Source: an uncultured virus (IMG/VR IMGVR_UViG_3300020531_000001) (lineage: Duplodnaviria > Heunggongvirae > Uroviricota > Caudoviricetes). Taken from it: a stretch of 64,000 nt of DNA. The position numbers were made by a program, and so were the translations under genes. The notes beneath the pieces are model-generated. The model was given only the letters and a program-made list of their open reading frames with translations. It was not told where the DNA came from and did no database searches. The DNA is taken from IMG/VR virus record IMGVR_UViG_3300020531_000001, positions 1 through 64,000 of that record. One strand, given 5' to 3'. Below, piece after piece: positions 19,772 through 29,654 of this stretch (positions are counted from its first letter, which is position 1; every line of letters begins with the position of its first letter).

Positions 19772-21574
19772 TTATTGATAAACTCTTCTAGTTATTCCGT
19801 TTTCTTTTTCTAGGTTGACAATTTCACCATCTACATGTTTAATGGTTTCTTTTCTATGCGATATTGCATATACAGACATATTATTTTTATTAATTCTACT
19901 TTTCAAAACATTAATTAATAAATCCAATCCTCGTTCATCAAATGCACTATCGAAAATTTCATCATAAAATTCAAGATTTGAAGAAATTCCACTGATTTTT
20001 CTTCTCATGTCTGAAAAACTCAATACGCATGCGATATCAACGCTTCTTTTTTCTGCTCCTGACAAATTACTGTATGAAAATTCATTTCCTTTTTCAGTAG
20101 AAATATGTTCATCAAAATATTCATCAAATTTACATTTAACATTCATTCCAAGATCAGTTATGTATGTTGAAATAGTAGAATTTAACATACATAATAATTT
20201 CTTTATAACATAACTTTTAACACCCTCTTCGCCCAATACAAATTTACAAATTTCATAATCTGAATCCTTTTGTTTGAAGGTATTCAAATTTTCTTCTTGT
20301 TCTTTTTTTCTAGTTTCAGAATTTTTAATGTTTTCTTCGAATGAATCTGTAGATATGATAGAGTTTTTAAAATCATCATTTATATTTTTAAAAGACTCTT
20401 CATATTCTTTTAAGATATTATTCAAGTTTATTCTTTTTTGAGTTGTATCTTTCTGTTTTTGAATTTCATTATGAACTTTTGAAATATTTTTTTGAACTTT
20501 TGCTTTTTTATCTAACCAATCTTCTTTTTGATTATTAATTTCAGTTAAATTAATTTTATATTCACTTATATTATTTTGAATTTCTTCTTTTTTAGAATTA
20601 ATATACTTTATATGATCATGTGAAATGTTTTGAAAACACTTATCACATTGAACTTCATCAACGGAGTTCATTTTCATTAATTCTTTTTTCAAAAGATCAA
20701 GATCTTTACTTATTTCAATATGTTTTATTTGAAAATTTCCAAGTTTACCATCGATTTTTTTCCAAGCATCTTCTAATTTTAAATATTGATTCTGTAATTC
20801 GTCAATATTTTGATTTTCTGGCAATTCTTCAATTTTTATTTTAATATTTTGAATTTTATTTGTAATTTCTTCCTTACGTGTATTTAAAAGTTCAGTTCTT
20901 TCTTCTATCTGTTTCTTAATATCATCGAATTGTTTTTGATAAGTGGTGATAGATGTTTTTAATTCTTCGACACGTGCTAAAGATACACTCATATCGTTTT
21001 TATTTTCACTTATATATTTTTTAAGATCTTTCAACATCAAACCAAATATTTCAATGTTGAAAATATCTTCAATAAATTTTCTTTTTTCAGCAGCATTCTT
21101 CAACATGAATGGTGTTGTGTCACTCAATGTCATTATATCGCAACTTTTATGGATAATTGGATTGGTTCCCAATAAATCACAAATATATTTGTTGGTATTT
21201 GCAATACTATCCCTGGTAATATCTTCATCACCCCTCCAAAGTTCAACTTTGGTTGGCTTTACATGTCTGATAATTTTATAAGATTGTGTATTTTCAGTAG
21301 TTTCAACATCAAATTGCAATTCAATGCGTCCTTTACCTTTAGTTATATTATTTACAATATATTCATTCTTAATTTTTCCAATAGTTTCACCAAATAATGC
21401 ATAAAAATATGCAGACATGAGTGAACTTTTACCAACTGCATTTTTTCTTTCAGGATTATCAATATTTTGTCCAGTTATAAGGTTCAGACCTTCTTTAAAT
21501 TCAATTTCTATAGCATCATTTCCAATACTTAAAAAGTTTTGAACAATTATTTTTTTATATTTTATTTTTCTCAT
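19772..21574 (-). CDS. gp46: SbcC/Rad50-like recombination ATPase (gp46)
   Basis: NFLSIGN, NAVGKSS, zinc hook CDKC, LSGAE, DEIFD, ISH. Confidence 0.95.
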   Translation of the reverse strand: MRKIKYKKIIVQNFLSIGNDAIEIEFKEGLNLITGQNIDNPERKNAVGKSSLMSAYFYALFGETIGKIKNEYIVNNITKGKGRIELQFDVETTENTQSYKIIRHVKPTKVELWRGDEDITRDSIANTNKYICDLLGTNPIIHKSCDIMTLSDTTPFMLKNAAEKRKFIEDIFNIEIFGLMLKDLKKYISENKNDMSVSLARVEELKTSITTYQKQFDDIKKQIEERTELLNTRKEEITNKIQNIKIKIEELPENQNIDELQNQYLKLEDAWKKIDGKLGNFQIKHIEISKDLDLLKKELMKMNSVDEVQCDKCFQNISHDHIKYINSKKEEIQNNISEYKINLTEINNQKEDWLDKKAKVQKNISKVHNEIQKQKDTTQKRINLNNILKEYEESFKNINDDFKNSIISTDSFEENIKNSETRKKEQEENLNTFKQKDSDYEICKFVLGEEGVKSYVIKKLLCMLNSTISTYITDLGMNVKCKFDEYFDEHISTEKGNEFSYSNLSGAEKRSVDIACVLSFSDMRRKISGISSNLEFYDEIFDSAFDERGLDLLINVLKSRINKNNMSVYAISHRKETIKHVDGEIVNLEKENGITRRVYQ

Positions 21575-22577
21575 ATAAATCTTCGTTAATTTTTTTAATT
21601 CTGGCTAATTGATCATCATCTAATCCTAATTGATCATAAAATTCTTCAAACATTTCTTTAATATCAATAGAATCTATATTTTCTACATCATTTAAAGTCT
21701 TTGAATTCACATTATATTCGAAAGATATCTGCCAAGGATTGTAACTTTTGAATATATTTGATATTTTGGTAAATTCTTCTTCTGATAATTCAGAATCGAC
21801 AATCAATTTAATGATATTATTTTCAATTTCTGATTCTTCATATGATTCATATCCACTCAAAGCTAGTTTTATGAAACGAGGAGATGCGGTATTTTCGAAA
21901 AATTCAATAGACCCATCTTCAATATCTAAAATATGGTATCCTTTTGTGTTATTTTGGTCGCTGAAGTCTAAAGGAAAACAACTACCAACATAGTATATTG
22001 ACCCCTCGTTGTATTTTTTACTATTTCTATTGTGAAAATGACCAGAAAATACAGCATTCGTCTTCTCAATAAGTATATCAACTGGGTTTAATCCATGATT
22101 ACATACTGTATAATTGTTCATTTTGAATGTTTGTATCTCAAAATGCCCAAAAATGTAGTCATATTTGCTGTTTGGAATATCATTATTCCATGGAACAAAC
22201 AAAAAACGCTTATTAAAAGCTTCAAATTCTAAATTTTTATCAATTAATGTGATATTTTCATGCCCTTTCATCATTCCAAGGCTATGAACATCACTTCTGT
22301 TCTTATAATATGCATCATGATTTCCAATAATCATGAAAACGTTAAATTTTTTAAACTTTTCTATAATTTTAGAAGCAACGTGTATAGTTTGAACACTAAT
22401 TTCGCTTCTATTATCAAAAAAATCACCCAAAAAGAATATATCTTTTATTTTTTTCTGATTTAATTCATCAACAATCCAATCAGCCCACGTTAAAGCTGTT
22501 TCGTGCCATTTTTCAGAATTTCCATATATTCCTAAATGAAGATCACTGAATATTGCAACTTTAGTCTTTTTAATCAT
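21555..22577 (-). CDS. gp47: SbcD/Mre11-like nuclease (gp47)
   Basis: SDLHLG, LGDFFD, GNHD, GHFE, SGHFH; likely start ATG 22577. Confidence 0.95.
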   Translation of the reverse strand: MIKKTKVAIFSDLHLGIYGNSEKWHETALTWADWIVDELNQKKIKDIFFLGDFFDNRSEISVQTIHVASKIIEKFKKFNVFMIIGNHDAYYKNRSDVHSLGMMKGHENITLIDKNLEFEAFNKRFLFVPWNNDIPNSKYDYIFGHFEIQTFKMNNYTVCNHGLNPVDILIEKTNAVFSGHFHNRNSKKYNEGSIYYVGSCFPLDFSDQNNTKGYHILDIEDGSIEFFENTASPRFIKLALSGYESYEESEIENNIIKLIVDSELSEEEFTKISNIFKSYNPWQISFEYNVNSKTLNDVENIDSIDIKEMFEEFYDQLGLDDDQLARIKKINEDLYEKNKI

Positions 22578-22581
22578 ATTA

Positions 22582-23037
22582 TTAGTTTGAAAAATCGTAT
22601 TGTTCATCATCATCAGAAAAACCTGATGGTTTGGTATATACATTTCCTTCAGATTCAATCATATTTTGCTCATAAAGCATTTGTTTATACTCTTGTAAAC
22701 CTTCATGTTGCTTGTTTTCTTTCTTTATTCGGTTAGTAAACGCATTCCAAGCTATTTGATTGAAATAACTAAATGGATTATAACCAGAATCCATGTTATA
22801 TTTCTTACCTTCCAACGCTGAATACATTTTTATAACAGCATCTCCTACCATTTCTTCTTTCCAAGACTTCGTATAATTAATAAATCGCCAATTATAACTC
22901 AACCCTTCGGCTATTTTAACTACATTAATAGCTAATTCATCTGTCATTTTATCACTGTCGTAATATTCCTGGATCTGTCTTTTAAAATCATTGGAGTTTA
23001 CGTATATACTTGCTTTTATTTCTGGATTAAGTTTCAT
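22582..23037 (-). CDS. gp55: late-transcription sigma factor (gp55)
   Basis: KIAEGLS, FINYT, EEMVGDA, NPFSYFNQIAWNAF..RIKKE. Confidence 0.92.
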   Translation of the reverse strand: MKLNPEIKASIYVNSNDFKRQIQEYYDSDKMTDELAINVVKIAEGLSYNWRFINYTKSWKEEMVGDAVIKMYSALEGKKYNMDSGYNPFSYFNQIAWNAFTNRIKKENKQHEGLQEYKQMLYEQNMIESEGNVYTKPSGFSDDDEQYDFSN

Positions 23038-24479
23038 AAATCTATTTCTATTTCTTTATATGGTATCTGTTCATCGTCGTAAATTTGTTTTCTTTCTTCA
23101 GCGTGGTTTGTCGAGTATTTTAAATTATCATATATATCAAAAATAACAAGTTTGGACTTGTTTTCATGCAATCTCAACCCTCTACCTATTCCTTGCACGA
23201 TACGAACGAAGCTTTTTCCACCAGATGCAAACACAATATTGTGTAAATTTTTAATATTTATACCTGTTGAAAATATACTACTCATTGCAATACACACTAT
23301 GTTATCACAAACTTCCATATTTGCAATAACTTCAACCCTTTCGTTCAACTCGACCTCGCCTTTTATAAAAACTACACTCTTATCATTCAACACATTCAGA
23401 GATTTTAAAAGCGCTTCCCCGTGTTCAAGGTGATTTACCAATATTAATGTATTGTTTGGTATCTTAGAAACTATTTTATATATGATATTGTTTCTTTTTT
23501 CAGAATTGTATATATAAGATAACTCTATATTATAATCTTCTGTTGGAGTTTTATCTTTATTTTTATTTTTTTTAGGAATATCTGAAGAAGAATGATTCAA
23601 TAAAATCATTTTAACCACCACATCAGTTAAAATATTTTCGTCTCTGAGTTCTTTACTGTTCTTTTCAAACAATAATGGACCAAATGTACCTAATATTTTC
23701 CACACATCATATTGATCTTTTGGAAAAGTGCCTGTGAAACCGAAACGGTTCGGTGTTTTTATTTTTGTGATGAGCTTTGATATTTTACTAGTGCCAGTAC
23801 ATCTATGACATTCATCAACTATTAACAAATCTACATCTTTGATCCATGAATTATCATCAAATTTGGATACTAAATTTTCAGAATTGACTATTATTACATC
23901 GGTATTTTCTAATTTATTAGTTCCAGTCCATCCCGAATATGAAAAATTAACTTTGTAAGATTCAAAATCTTTTTGAAGTTGTGATACAAGAGAAATTCCA
24001 GGTACTACAACCAACACTTTGTATGTTTGCTTGGGTCTATTTGCCCAAAAGTTTTCAATCAATGATGCTATACAAAAACTTTTACCAGAACCTGTAGCAC
24101 TTTTTATTGTACCTCGTCCATATTTCAAACACAATTTCACAATTTCCATTTGAAAGTCTCTATGAGGAAATGCAAAACCATCAAATACTGTTGTTGTTTT
24201 TATACCACAACTTAAAAATTGTTTAAATTCTTCAGTGTATTCTATATTTGTATATTGTTCTTGTATTAAGATATTGATTATCTCTTTATAAAGACCGAAA
24301 TCGAATTTTCCAGATTTATCAATTGCATATTTTCTATCTGGAATTTTTCTTCCGTACTTTTTTGCAAATTTTGCAGCGTCATTCTTGACACTGAATTTAT
24401 TTTTTACGCAATAAAACGTGGCCTGATCACAAATAATCTGACCTTTGTTTGTTTTTGCATCGTAATGCAGCTTAATCAA
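23034..24479 (-). CDS. uvsW: SF2 helicase UvsW
   Basis: ATGSGKS, VDECH, GFTGT, STGINI, QGIGRGLR. Confidence 0.92.
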   Translation of the reverse strand: MIKLHYDAKTNKGQIICDQATFYCVKNKFSVKNDAAKFAKKYGRKIPDRKYAIDKSGKFDFGLYKEIINILIQEQYTNIEYTEEFKQFLSCGIKTTTVFDGFAFPHRDFQMEIVKLCLKYGRGTIKSATGSGKSFCIASLIENFWANRPKQTYKVLVVVPGISLVSQLQKDFESYKVNFSYSGWTGTNKLENTDVIIVNSENLVSKFDDNSWIKDVDLLIVDECHRCTGTSKISKLITKIKTPNRFGFTGTFPKDQYDVWKILGTFGPLLFEKNSKELRDENILTDVVVKMILLNHSSSDIPKKNKNKDKTPTEDYNIELSYIYNSEKRNNIIYKIVSKIPNNTLILVNHLEHGEALLKSLNVLNDKSVVFIKGEVELNERVEVIANMEVCDNIVCIAMSSIFSTGINIKNLHNIVFASGGKSFVRIVQGIGRGLRLHENKSKLVIFDIYDNLKYSTNHAEERKQIYDDEQIPYKEIEIDL

Positions 24480-24545
24480 AATTAATTAATAAGTGGAAAT
24501 ATCCACTTTTCGTTAATTCAAATTCCTTTATGTGTGGAACTTCTA

Positions 24546-24956
24546 TCATCCTTCTTGCAATTGAATAAATTTTATTATATTTTCAAAATCTTTGGCTATG
24601 TATTTTACACAGTCATAAATTCTTTCAAGTTGTTTAAAATTCAATTTTAATTCGTCTATTTGTAGATTTATTTCTTCAACATCTTGACTTTCTTCTATTT
24701 TATCAAGTGTTGATTTATTTATTTTTATCTCCGAATTATCTATTAATTTTTTCTGTAATGTTTTGATTATATATTTCTTTTTTTGCTCAAGTGATTTAAT
24801 TTCTTGTTCAGTTTCTGACAAGACGTTTGCCCAATATGATTTTTCTCCTGGAACTTGATTAAGTTTATCAGCTAAACTAAGCATATCGATATTTGTGGCA
24901 AATTCGGCATACTTTTTAGCATAAAACTTTCTTTTTTCAGAATTATTCATAATCAA
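24546..24956 (-). CDS. uvsY: probable recombination mediator UvsY
   Basis: ~135-aa helical protein next to uvsW, C-terminus NIIKFIQLQEG. Confidence 0.6.
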   Translation of the reverse strand: MIMNNSEKRKFYAKKYAEFATNIDMLSLADKLNQVPGEKSYWANVLSETEQEIKSLEQKKKYIIKTLQKKLIDNSEIKINKSTLDKIEESQDVEEINLQIDELKLNFKQLERIYDCVKYIAKDFENIIKFIQLQEG

Positions 24957-24967
24957 TTATTCTTTAT

Positions 24968-24975
24968 TATAAATA
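24968..24975 (+). promoter_or_regulatory. T4 consensus late promoter TATAAATA
   Basis: Exact match 5 nt before ATG 24981. Confidence 0.75.
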
Positions 24976-24980
24976 ATAAT

Positions 24981-25253
24981 ATGAGAATGTCAAGAACTGA
25001 TGCTACAAAATTAGAAAATATTTATTTAGAAATGACATCAGTTGGTGTAGTTGGCCCAGTCACTTCTATTGTGACTGATTTAGGTGCAGAAAATGTAGAT
25101 TCATATGCTGAAAGAGACACCAGAATTCCAAAAGGACCAAAAAAGAAAAAAGGCAAACCAGAAATAGCTAGAAGAAATCTATCATTTGATAGTACATTAG
25201 ATTATCAAACTCCTGAAGTTAAAGCTAATATTAAAAATATTAGAAAACAGTAA
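24981..25253 (+). CDS. small late protein
   Basis: Late promoter upstream; LENIYLEM N-terminus. Confidence 0.65.
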   Translation: MRMSRTDATKLENIYLEMTSVGVVGPVTSIVTDLGAENVDSYAERDTRIPKGPKKKKGKPEIARRNLSFDSTLDYQTPEVKANIKNIRKQ

Positions 25254-25261
25254 AAAGGCAC

Positions 25262-25380
25262 TTGACAAATAAAAAAACCATATTATATATGGGTGGTGGG
25301 TGGGATTTGATATATATTATAATATATTATATATAATATTAATTTATATTGTATATTATTATTAATATTATAATTATTAT
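25262..25380 (+). other. candidate replication origin (promoter, G-rich tract, AT-rich unwinding element)
   Basis: TTGACA at 25262, GGGTGGTGGGTGGG at 25291-25304, then 71 nt containing a single G; near the strand switch. Confidence 0.4.
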
Positions 25381-25812
25381 ATGTCAGAATGGATAAATTT
25401 ACCTGAAAATAAAAATAGTTTTCATGGATTTGTTTATATTATTAATAATAATCATCCAGATTCTAAAAAAAAGTATTATATTGGATGTAAAAAAATATTA
25501 AAAAGAATAAAAAGAAAACCATTAAAAGGTAAAAAGAGAAATAGAATAGACTATGTTGATAATAATGTAGATTCTTATTGGGGAAGTTCAGAAGAATTGA
25601 AAAAAGATATAGAAATATATGGTTTGGAATATTTTGAAAGAAAAATTCTACACATGTGTGAAAATCAATGGGAAATGAAGTTTTTAGAAATGTACGAACA
25701 GATGAAATATAATGTTCTATTTGACAAAAGCTCATACAATGGCATAATAAATGTTAGAATTAACAGCGTTCCTAAATCTTTAGAGGAGAAATATAAAAAT
25801 TTTAAATTTTAA
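25381..25812 (+). CDS. small GIY-YIG family nuclease
   Basis: GFVYII...YYIGCK, YWGSS, YNG. Confidence 0.75.
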   Translation: MSEWINLPENKNSFHGFVYIINNNHPDSKKKYYIGCKKILKRIKRKPLKGKKRNRIDYVDNNVDSYWGSSEELKKDIEIYGLEYFERKILHMCENQWEMKFLEMYEQMKYNVLFDKSSYNGIINVRINSVPKSLEEKYKNFKF

Positions 25813-26355
25813 ATGACTTTTATTAAAAAAAATACAAATAATTTAACAGTTTCATTAATTTTTGAAAAAGAAAATAAAGAAATGGTGGATATTGATTATA
25901 TTTTTAAAAAAACCAATGATAATTTTTGTGTTTATTTAAATAATTTATCACTACCCATCAATTTTGATTTCAGAAATAGAGATAATAAAAAAATTTACAT
26001 GAATGAATTTATAAAAACGTTCACTCATTACGTAAAATTTAGGGAAAATAAAGAAAAGTTATATTTTTACAGCAATATCTTAACTAAAGATGATTTTAGA
26101 AATAAACTAGTTTTAAAATTAAAAACATTATTTGGAATTACTATTCTTGAGGACTACAAAAGTCTTGAAAATATATCAACATTGATGGAAATAGGCTGTT
26201 GTGATACTGTTACTAAAATTATAAATTTCTTGAATCAAGAAAGGAAAGTAAAATCATTCAAGCAAATTAAAAAATATTTAGAAAAAAATGGGTTTGTGTA
26301 TTTGAATGATGTTTATTTCAATGATTTTTCTAATAAGCTGCGTTTATTTACATAA
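25813..26355 (+). CDS. hypothetical protein
   Basis: ORF abutting the previous gene. Confidence 0.55.
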   Translation: MTFIKKNTNNLTVSLIFEKENKEMVDIDYIFKKTNDNFCVYLNNLSLPINFDFRNRDNKKIYMNEFIKTFTHYVKFRENKEKLYFYSNILTKDDFRNKLVLKLKTLFGITILEDYKSLENISTLMEIGCCDTVTKIINFLNQERKVKSFKQIKKYLEKNGFVYLNDVYFNDFSNKLRLFT

Positions 26356-26364
26356 ATATTATAT

Positions 26365-26751
26365 ATGAGTAAGTTTCTTCAATTAATTGAAGATTTTGAT
26401 CCAACAAATGATCAAAATCTTGACGATGTTGCATATAATTTCGTTAATTTTTTAAAAAGTAATGACATAAAATATGGAAGAGTTAAATCAACTAACACTT
26501 TTTATGTTCATGATAAAGAAGATATGAATAAAGTCTTTGTTGTGGAAGTTAAAGATGTAGTCAATACAAAACCATCTGAGGAAGATGGAGAAGCTGAAAC
26601 TGTTGTAGATTCTTTAGCTGACATAGACCCAAAAGCTAATAAAGCCAAACAGGCAAGAATGACTGTAGTTAAAGGATTGGCAAATAAAGTACTTCCTTCA
26701 TATTTGAAGAAAACTGAACAATTAAAAAGTTTTAAAACTCCATCTTTATGA
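26365..26751 (+). CDS. small late protein
   Basis: TAAATA at 26353, MSKFLQLIE start. Confidence 0.65.
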   Translation: MSKFLQLIEDFDPTNDQNLDDVAYNFVNFLKSNDIKYGRVKSTNTFYVHDKEDMNKVFVVEVKDVVNTKPSEEDGEAETVVDSLADIDPKANKAKQARMTVVKGLANKVLPSYLKKTEQLKSFKTPSL

Positions 26752-27110
26752 AAAGTAAAACACTCCAACTCATAAATAAATATTCCCAAATTCTCAAAGA
26801 ACAAGGAGAAATGGATGTTCAACCAACAGCCGATGCTGCTGTTGATGTTAATGATGTTACTCAAGAGCCAGTTGCTCAAGAATTACCATTCACAGCAGAG
26901 TCTGAAAATGATTATATCCTTCAAATGTTACATGCTGCAAAATTTGAACCCACTCCTGAACAAAATACAGAACTTGATAATCTTATTTACAAAATGAAAG
27001 ATAAAGAGGTTAAAAATGCAAGAGCTGAAATATTACCAATTATACAAAAAATGATAAGTTCTCAAATTGATTCAAATCAAATTAGAGATCTTTCTGATCA
27101 AGTAGATTAA
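26748..27110 (+). CDS. small acidic late protein
   Basis: ATGA overlap with the previous gene; ILKEQ. Confidence 0.65.
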   Translation: MKSKTLQLINKYSQILKEQGEMDVQPTADAAVDVNDVTQEPVAQELPFTAESENDYILQMLHAAKFEPTPEQNTELDNLIYKMKDKEVKNARAEILPIIQKMISSQIDSNQIRDLSDQVD

Positions 27111-27118
27111 ATAATACT

Positions 27119-27667
27119 ATGAATTTCAAATTAAAAGAAAATGGACTTATTTGGGAAAATTACGCTAACATCCCAAGTATTCAAAAACGTCAAAACTATT
27201 CAGATGAATCTGAAGAAAAGGAAGACCATGGATTGGACGTTGAGAAGTCAGATCTTAATGATGACGGTGAGCTTTCTGAATATGAACAGGCGAGAGGATC
27301 TGCTGTAGCTAATGCTATGGGAGATGACTCGGAAGATGCAGAACATTTTCACGGTGATGAAGAATTAGATGATGTTAAAAATGTCGTAATGTCATTTGAT
27401 ACATCCGAACCAGTTAAACCAGAATACAAAGAAGAAGATCTTGATGAAGATGATCATGAAAGAAATGAAATGATCAAATCTGAAATTAAAAAACTCTGTG
27501 AATTTGCCAAACGATTAGAAAATATGGTATGTGATGCTAATTTTGAAGAATGGATGGCTGCTAAAATTACCAAAGCTGCTGATTACACTTCAGATGTATA
27601 TTTTAGATTGAGCGCTAAAGCTGATTATGCTAATGGCTCACATGAACATTCAGAATATGAATATTAA
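27119..27667 (+). CDS. highly acidic late protein with an EF-hand-like DLNDDGELSEYE loop
   Basis: TAAATA at 27108; WMAAKITKAADY C-terminal motif. Confidence 0.65.
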   Translation: MNFKLKENGLIWENYANIPSIQKRQNYSDESEEKEDHGLDVEKSDLNDDGELSEYEQARGSAVANAMGDDSEDAEHFHGDEELDDVKNVVMSFDTSEPVKPEYKEEDLDEDDHERNEMIKSEIKKLCEFAKRLENMVCDANFEEWMAAKITKAADYTSDVYFRLSAKADYANGSHEHSEYEY

Positions 27668-27669
27668 AA

Positions 27670-28116
27670 ATGGATAATTTCGAATCATTTTTTTATGAGA
27701 AATATGTCATTGGATTAATAGAAGATATCCATATTGAGGATCTTGGGACAATTTCTTCAAAAATAGATAGCGGCAACGGTGCTTATAATGTTCTTCATGG
27801 TAATGATATTGAAATAGATGAAAAGAATAAATTGGTTAGATTTACAACAGTGCATTCTATTTCTTTAGAAAAAGAACTGATAGATCAGATAACAATAAAT
27901 ATAGGGGCTGGAAAAATGGAAAAGAGACCAGTTGTCAATTTCAATTTAAAAATGGGAGATCGAACATTCGAAAATATACCATTCAGCATAGGAAATAGAT
28001 CATCAAATACTCATAAAGTTTTAATAGGTAAATCCTTTATTGAAAATGAATTGGATGCTTTAATTGATGTGAGTATAAATAATATTGCAGATAAAAATTT
28101 TGAAGTTGATTTATGA
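27670..28116 (+). CDS. retropepsin-like aspartic protease (RimK-associated protease-like)
   Basis: SKIDSGNG, KRPVV, R....HKVLIGK.F. Confidence 0.75.
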   Translation: MDNFESFFYEKYVIGLIEDIHIEDLGTISSKIDSGNGAYNVLHGNDIEIDEKNKLVRFTTVHSISLEKELIDQITINIGAGKMEKRPVVNFNLKMGDRTFENIPFSIGNRSSNTHKVLIGKSFIENELDALIDVSINNIADKNFEVDL

Positions 28117-28544
28117 AAAAATATTCACAGAAAGAACTATTAAATGAAGGATTCTGGAAAGGGATCGGTAAAGTAATTGGAGGAGTAGCTAGAGGGGTTG
28201 ATTATACATTAGGTAAAGTTGCTCCCGAATTACAAAGCCTTTATAAAGACCCTTACAAAGCAGCTGTTGGTTTAGGCAGGGCTATCAAAGGATCACCATC
28301 TGGGGAGGATAAACAAGGCTATACAACTAATAATACACCCCAAAAAACTAATTATGCAAGTCCTCAAGAGACTGCAAACATAAGACAAGGATTGTCAAGT
28401 AAAAATATAACTTTATTAAACAATCCAACTCTTAGTTATATTGATTCAAGAACAAGAATGAAATATTTCAATGTTGAAATTGAAAATCAAGGTAGAAAAA
28501 TGAATATTATAGTGGATTCGAATGGTAATTATTCAAACCCCTGA
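28113..28544 (+). CDS. small basic protein with a propeptide-like N-terminus
   Basis: MKKYSQKELLNEGFW. Confidence 0.65.
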   Translation: MKKYSQKELLNEGFWKGIGKVIGGVARGVDYTLGKVAPELQSLYKDPYKAAVGLGRAIKGSPSGEDKQGYTTNNTPQKTNYASPQETANIRQGLSSKNITLLNNPTLSYIDSRTRMKYFNVEIENQGRKMNIIVDSNGNYSNP

Positions 28545-28572
28545 TTGACATTTGGTTTATATTTATTAAAAT
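28545..28572 (+). promoter_or_regulatory. sigma70-type promoter TTGACA-N16-TAAAAT
   Basis: 6 nt before ATG 28579. Confidence 0.6.
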
Positions 28573-28578
28573 ATAATT

Positions 28579-28794
28579 ATGAAGATTGAAATTCAAGCAA
28601 CAAATGATGAATCATTTTCTCTTGTAAATCCAGAACAAGAAGTTACAGAAACTACGAATGTAGAACCTGAAATCAGTATTACATCAGCAGAAACAGTAGA
28701 AGAAGTTACCAGTGTTGCTAATAAAGTACCAAGAGCAGCACCTATTGAAAATAACAAAGGTGCTGGTTGGTTTTCTGGTACAAGTTGGGGGTGA
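28579..28794 (+). CDS. hypothetical protein
   Basis: 71-aa ORF with promoter. Confidence 0.55.
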   Translation: MKIEIQATNDESFSLVNPEQEVTETTNVEPEISITSAETVEEVTSVANKVPRAAPIENNKGAGWFSGTSWG

Positions 28795-29538
28795 TTAAAC
28801 CTTTAAAACTTGCGTAATATGTTTTAATATAGGACTTCTTACAACATCATCAGAATCAAATTTCATACAATGTATGTTATTTTTTCTTGAATGTTCAGTA
28901 TTGAATAATTGATGGATTTTTTCAAATCCTGAATCTTTAATATCACATTGTTTAGCATCTCCACAAACGATATATTTGCTATTTCTGCCAAATCTGGTTA
29001 AAATAGTTGTTAATTCTCCTCTACTCATGTTTTGGGCTTCATCGACAATAACAAATGAATCATGGAATGTTAATCCTCTGACAAAATTTACAGGTATTGC
29101 TCTTATATATTTTTGAGTTAATAACATATGAGATACTGTTGGATCAACAATTTCGTTCAATTTATCCATTAACGGCATGGTATAAGGGCTGAATTTTTCA
29201 TCAAGTTCCCCAGGAAGAGCGCCCATGCTTCTAGATGAGCTTTCTACGACAGATCTAATATAAATTATTTGATCCACTTTAGATTCTTTTAGATGCTCTA
29301 AAGCCGCATATACAGACATATAAGTTTTATTTGTACCTGCGAGACCATCAATAAACATAATATTTGTATTAGGATCGTTTATTGTATAGTAACACTGGGT
29401 TTGATTTTCCGTAAATGGGAAGTGTTTTTTTAAATTAACTTTCTCGAAATCGAAATTTTTCTTATAAGATTCGATAAATTCTTTTTCAAGATCCAACGAG
29501 GTTTCCTTACGCTTGCGCGTAGATTTTTTTGTGCTCAT
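28795..29538 (-). CDS. phoH: PhoH-family ATPase
   Basis: GLAGTNKT, GALPG...EKFSPY, RGLTF, VDEAQN, LTRFG, GD..QCD, DVVRS. Confidence 0.93.
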   Translation of the reverse strand: MSTKKSTRKRKETSLDLEKEFIESYKKNFDFEKVNLKKHFPFTENQTQCYYTINDPNTNIMFIDGLAGTNKTYMSVYAALEHLKESKVDQIIYIRSVVESSSRSMGALPGELDEKFSPYTMPLMDKLNEIVDPTVSHMLLTQKYIRAIPVNFVRGLTFHDSFVIVDEAQNMSRGELTTILTRFGRNSKYIVCGDAKQCDIKDSGFEKIHQLFNTEHSRKNNIHCMKFDSDDVVRSPILKHITQVLKV

Positions 29539-29654
29539 GTATTAATATTTAATTGATAATTGAAGGCCCGTATTGCATTTTTGATAGTGATCTAAATGAC
29601 TAAATAATATAACCTATTGGCTTGACTTTTATTAAAAATATGTAAAATATTTGA

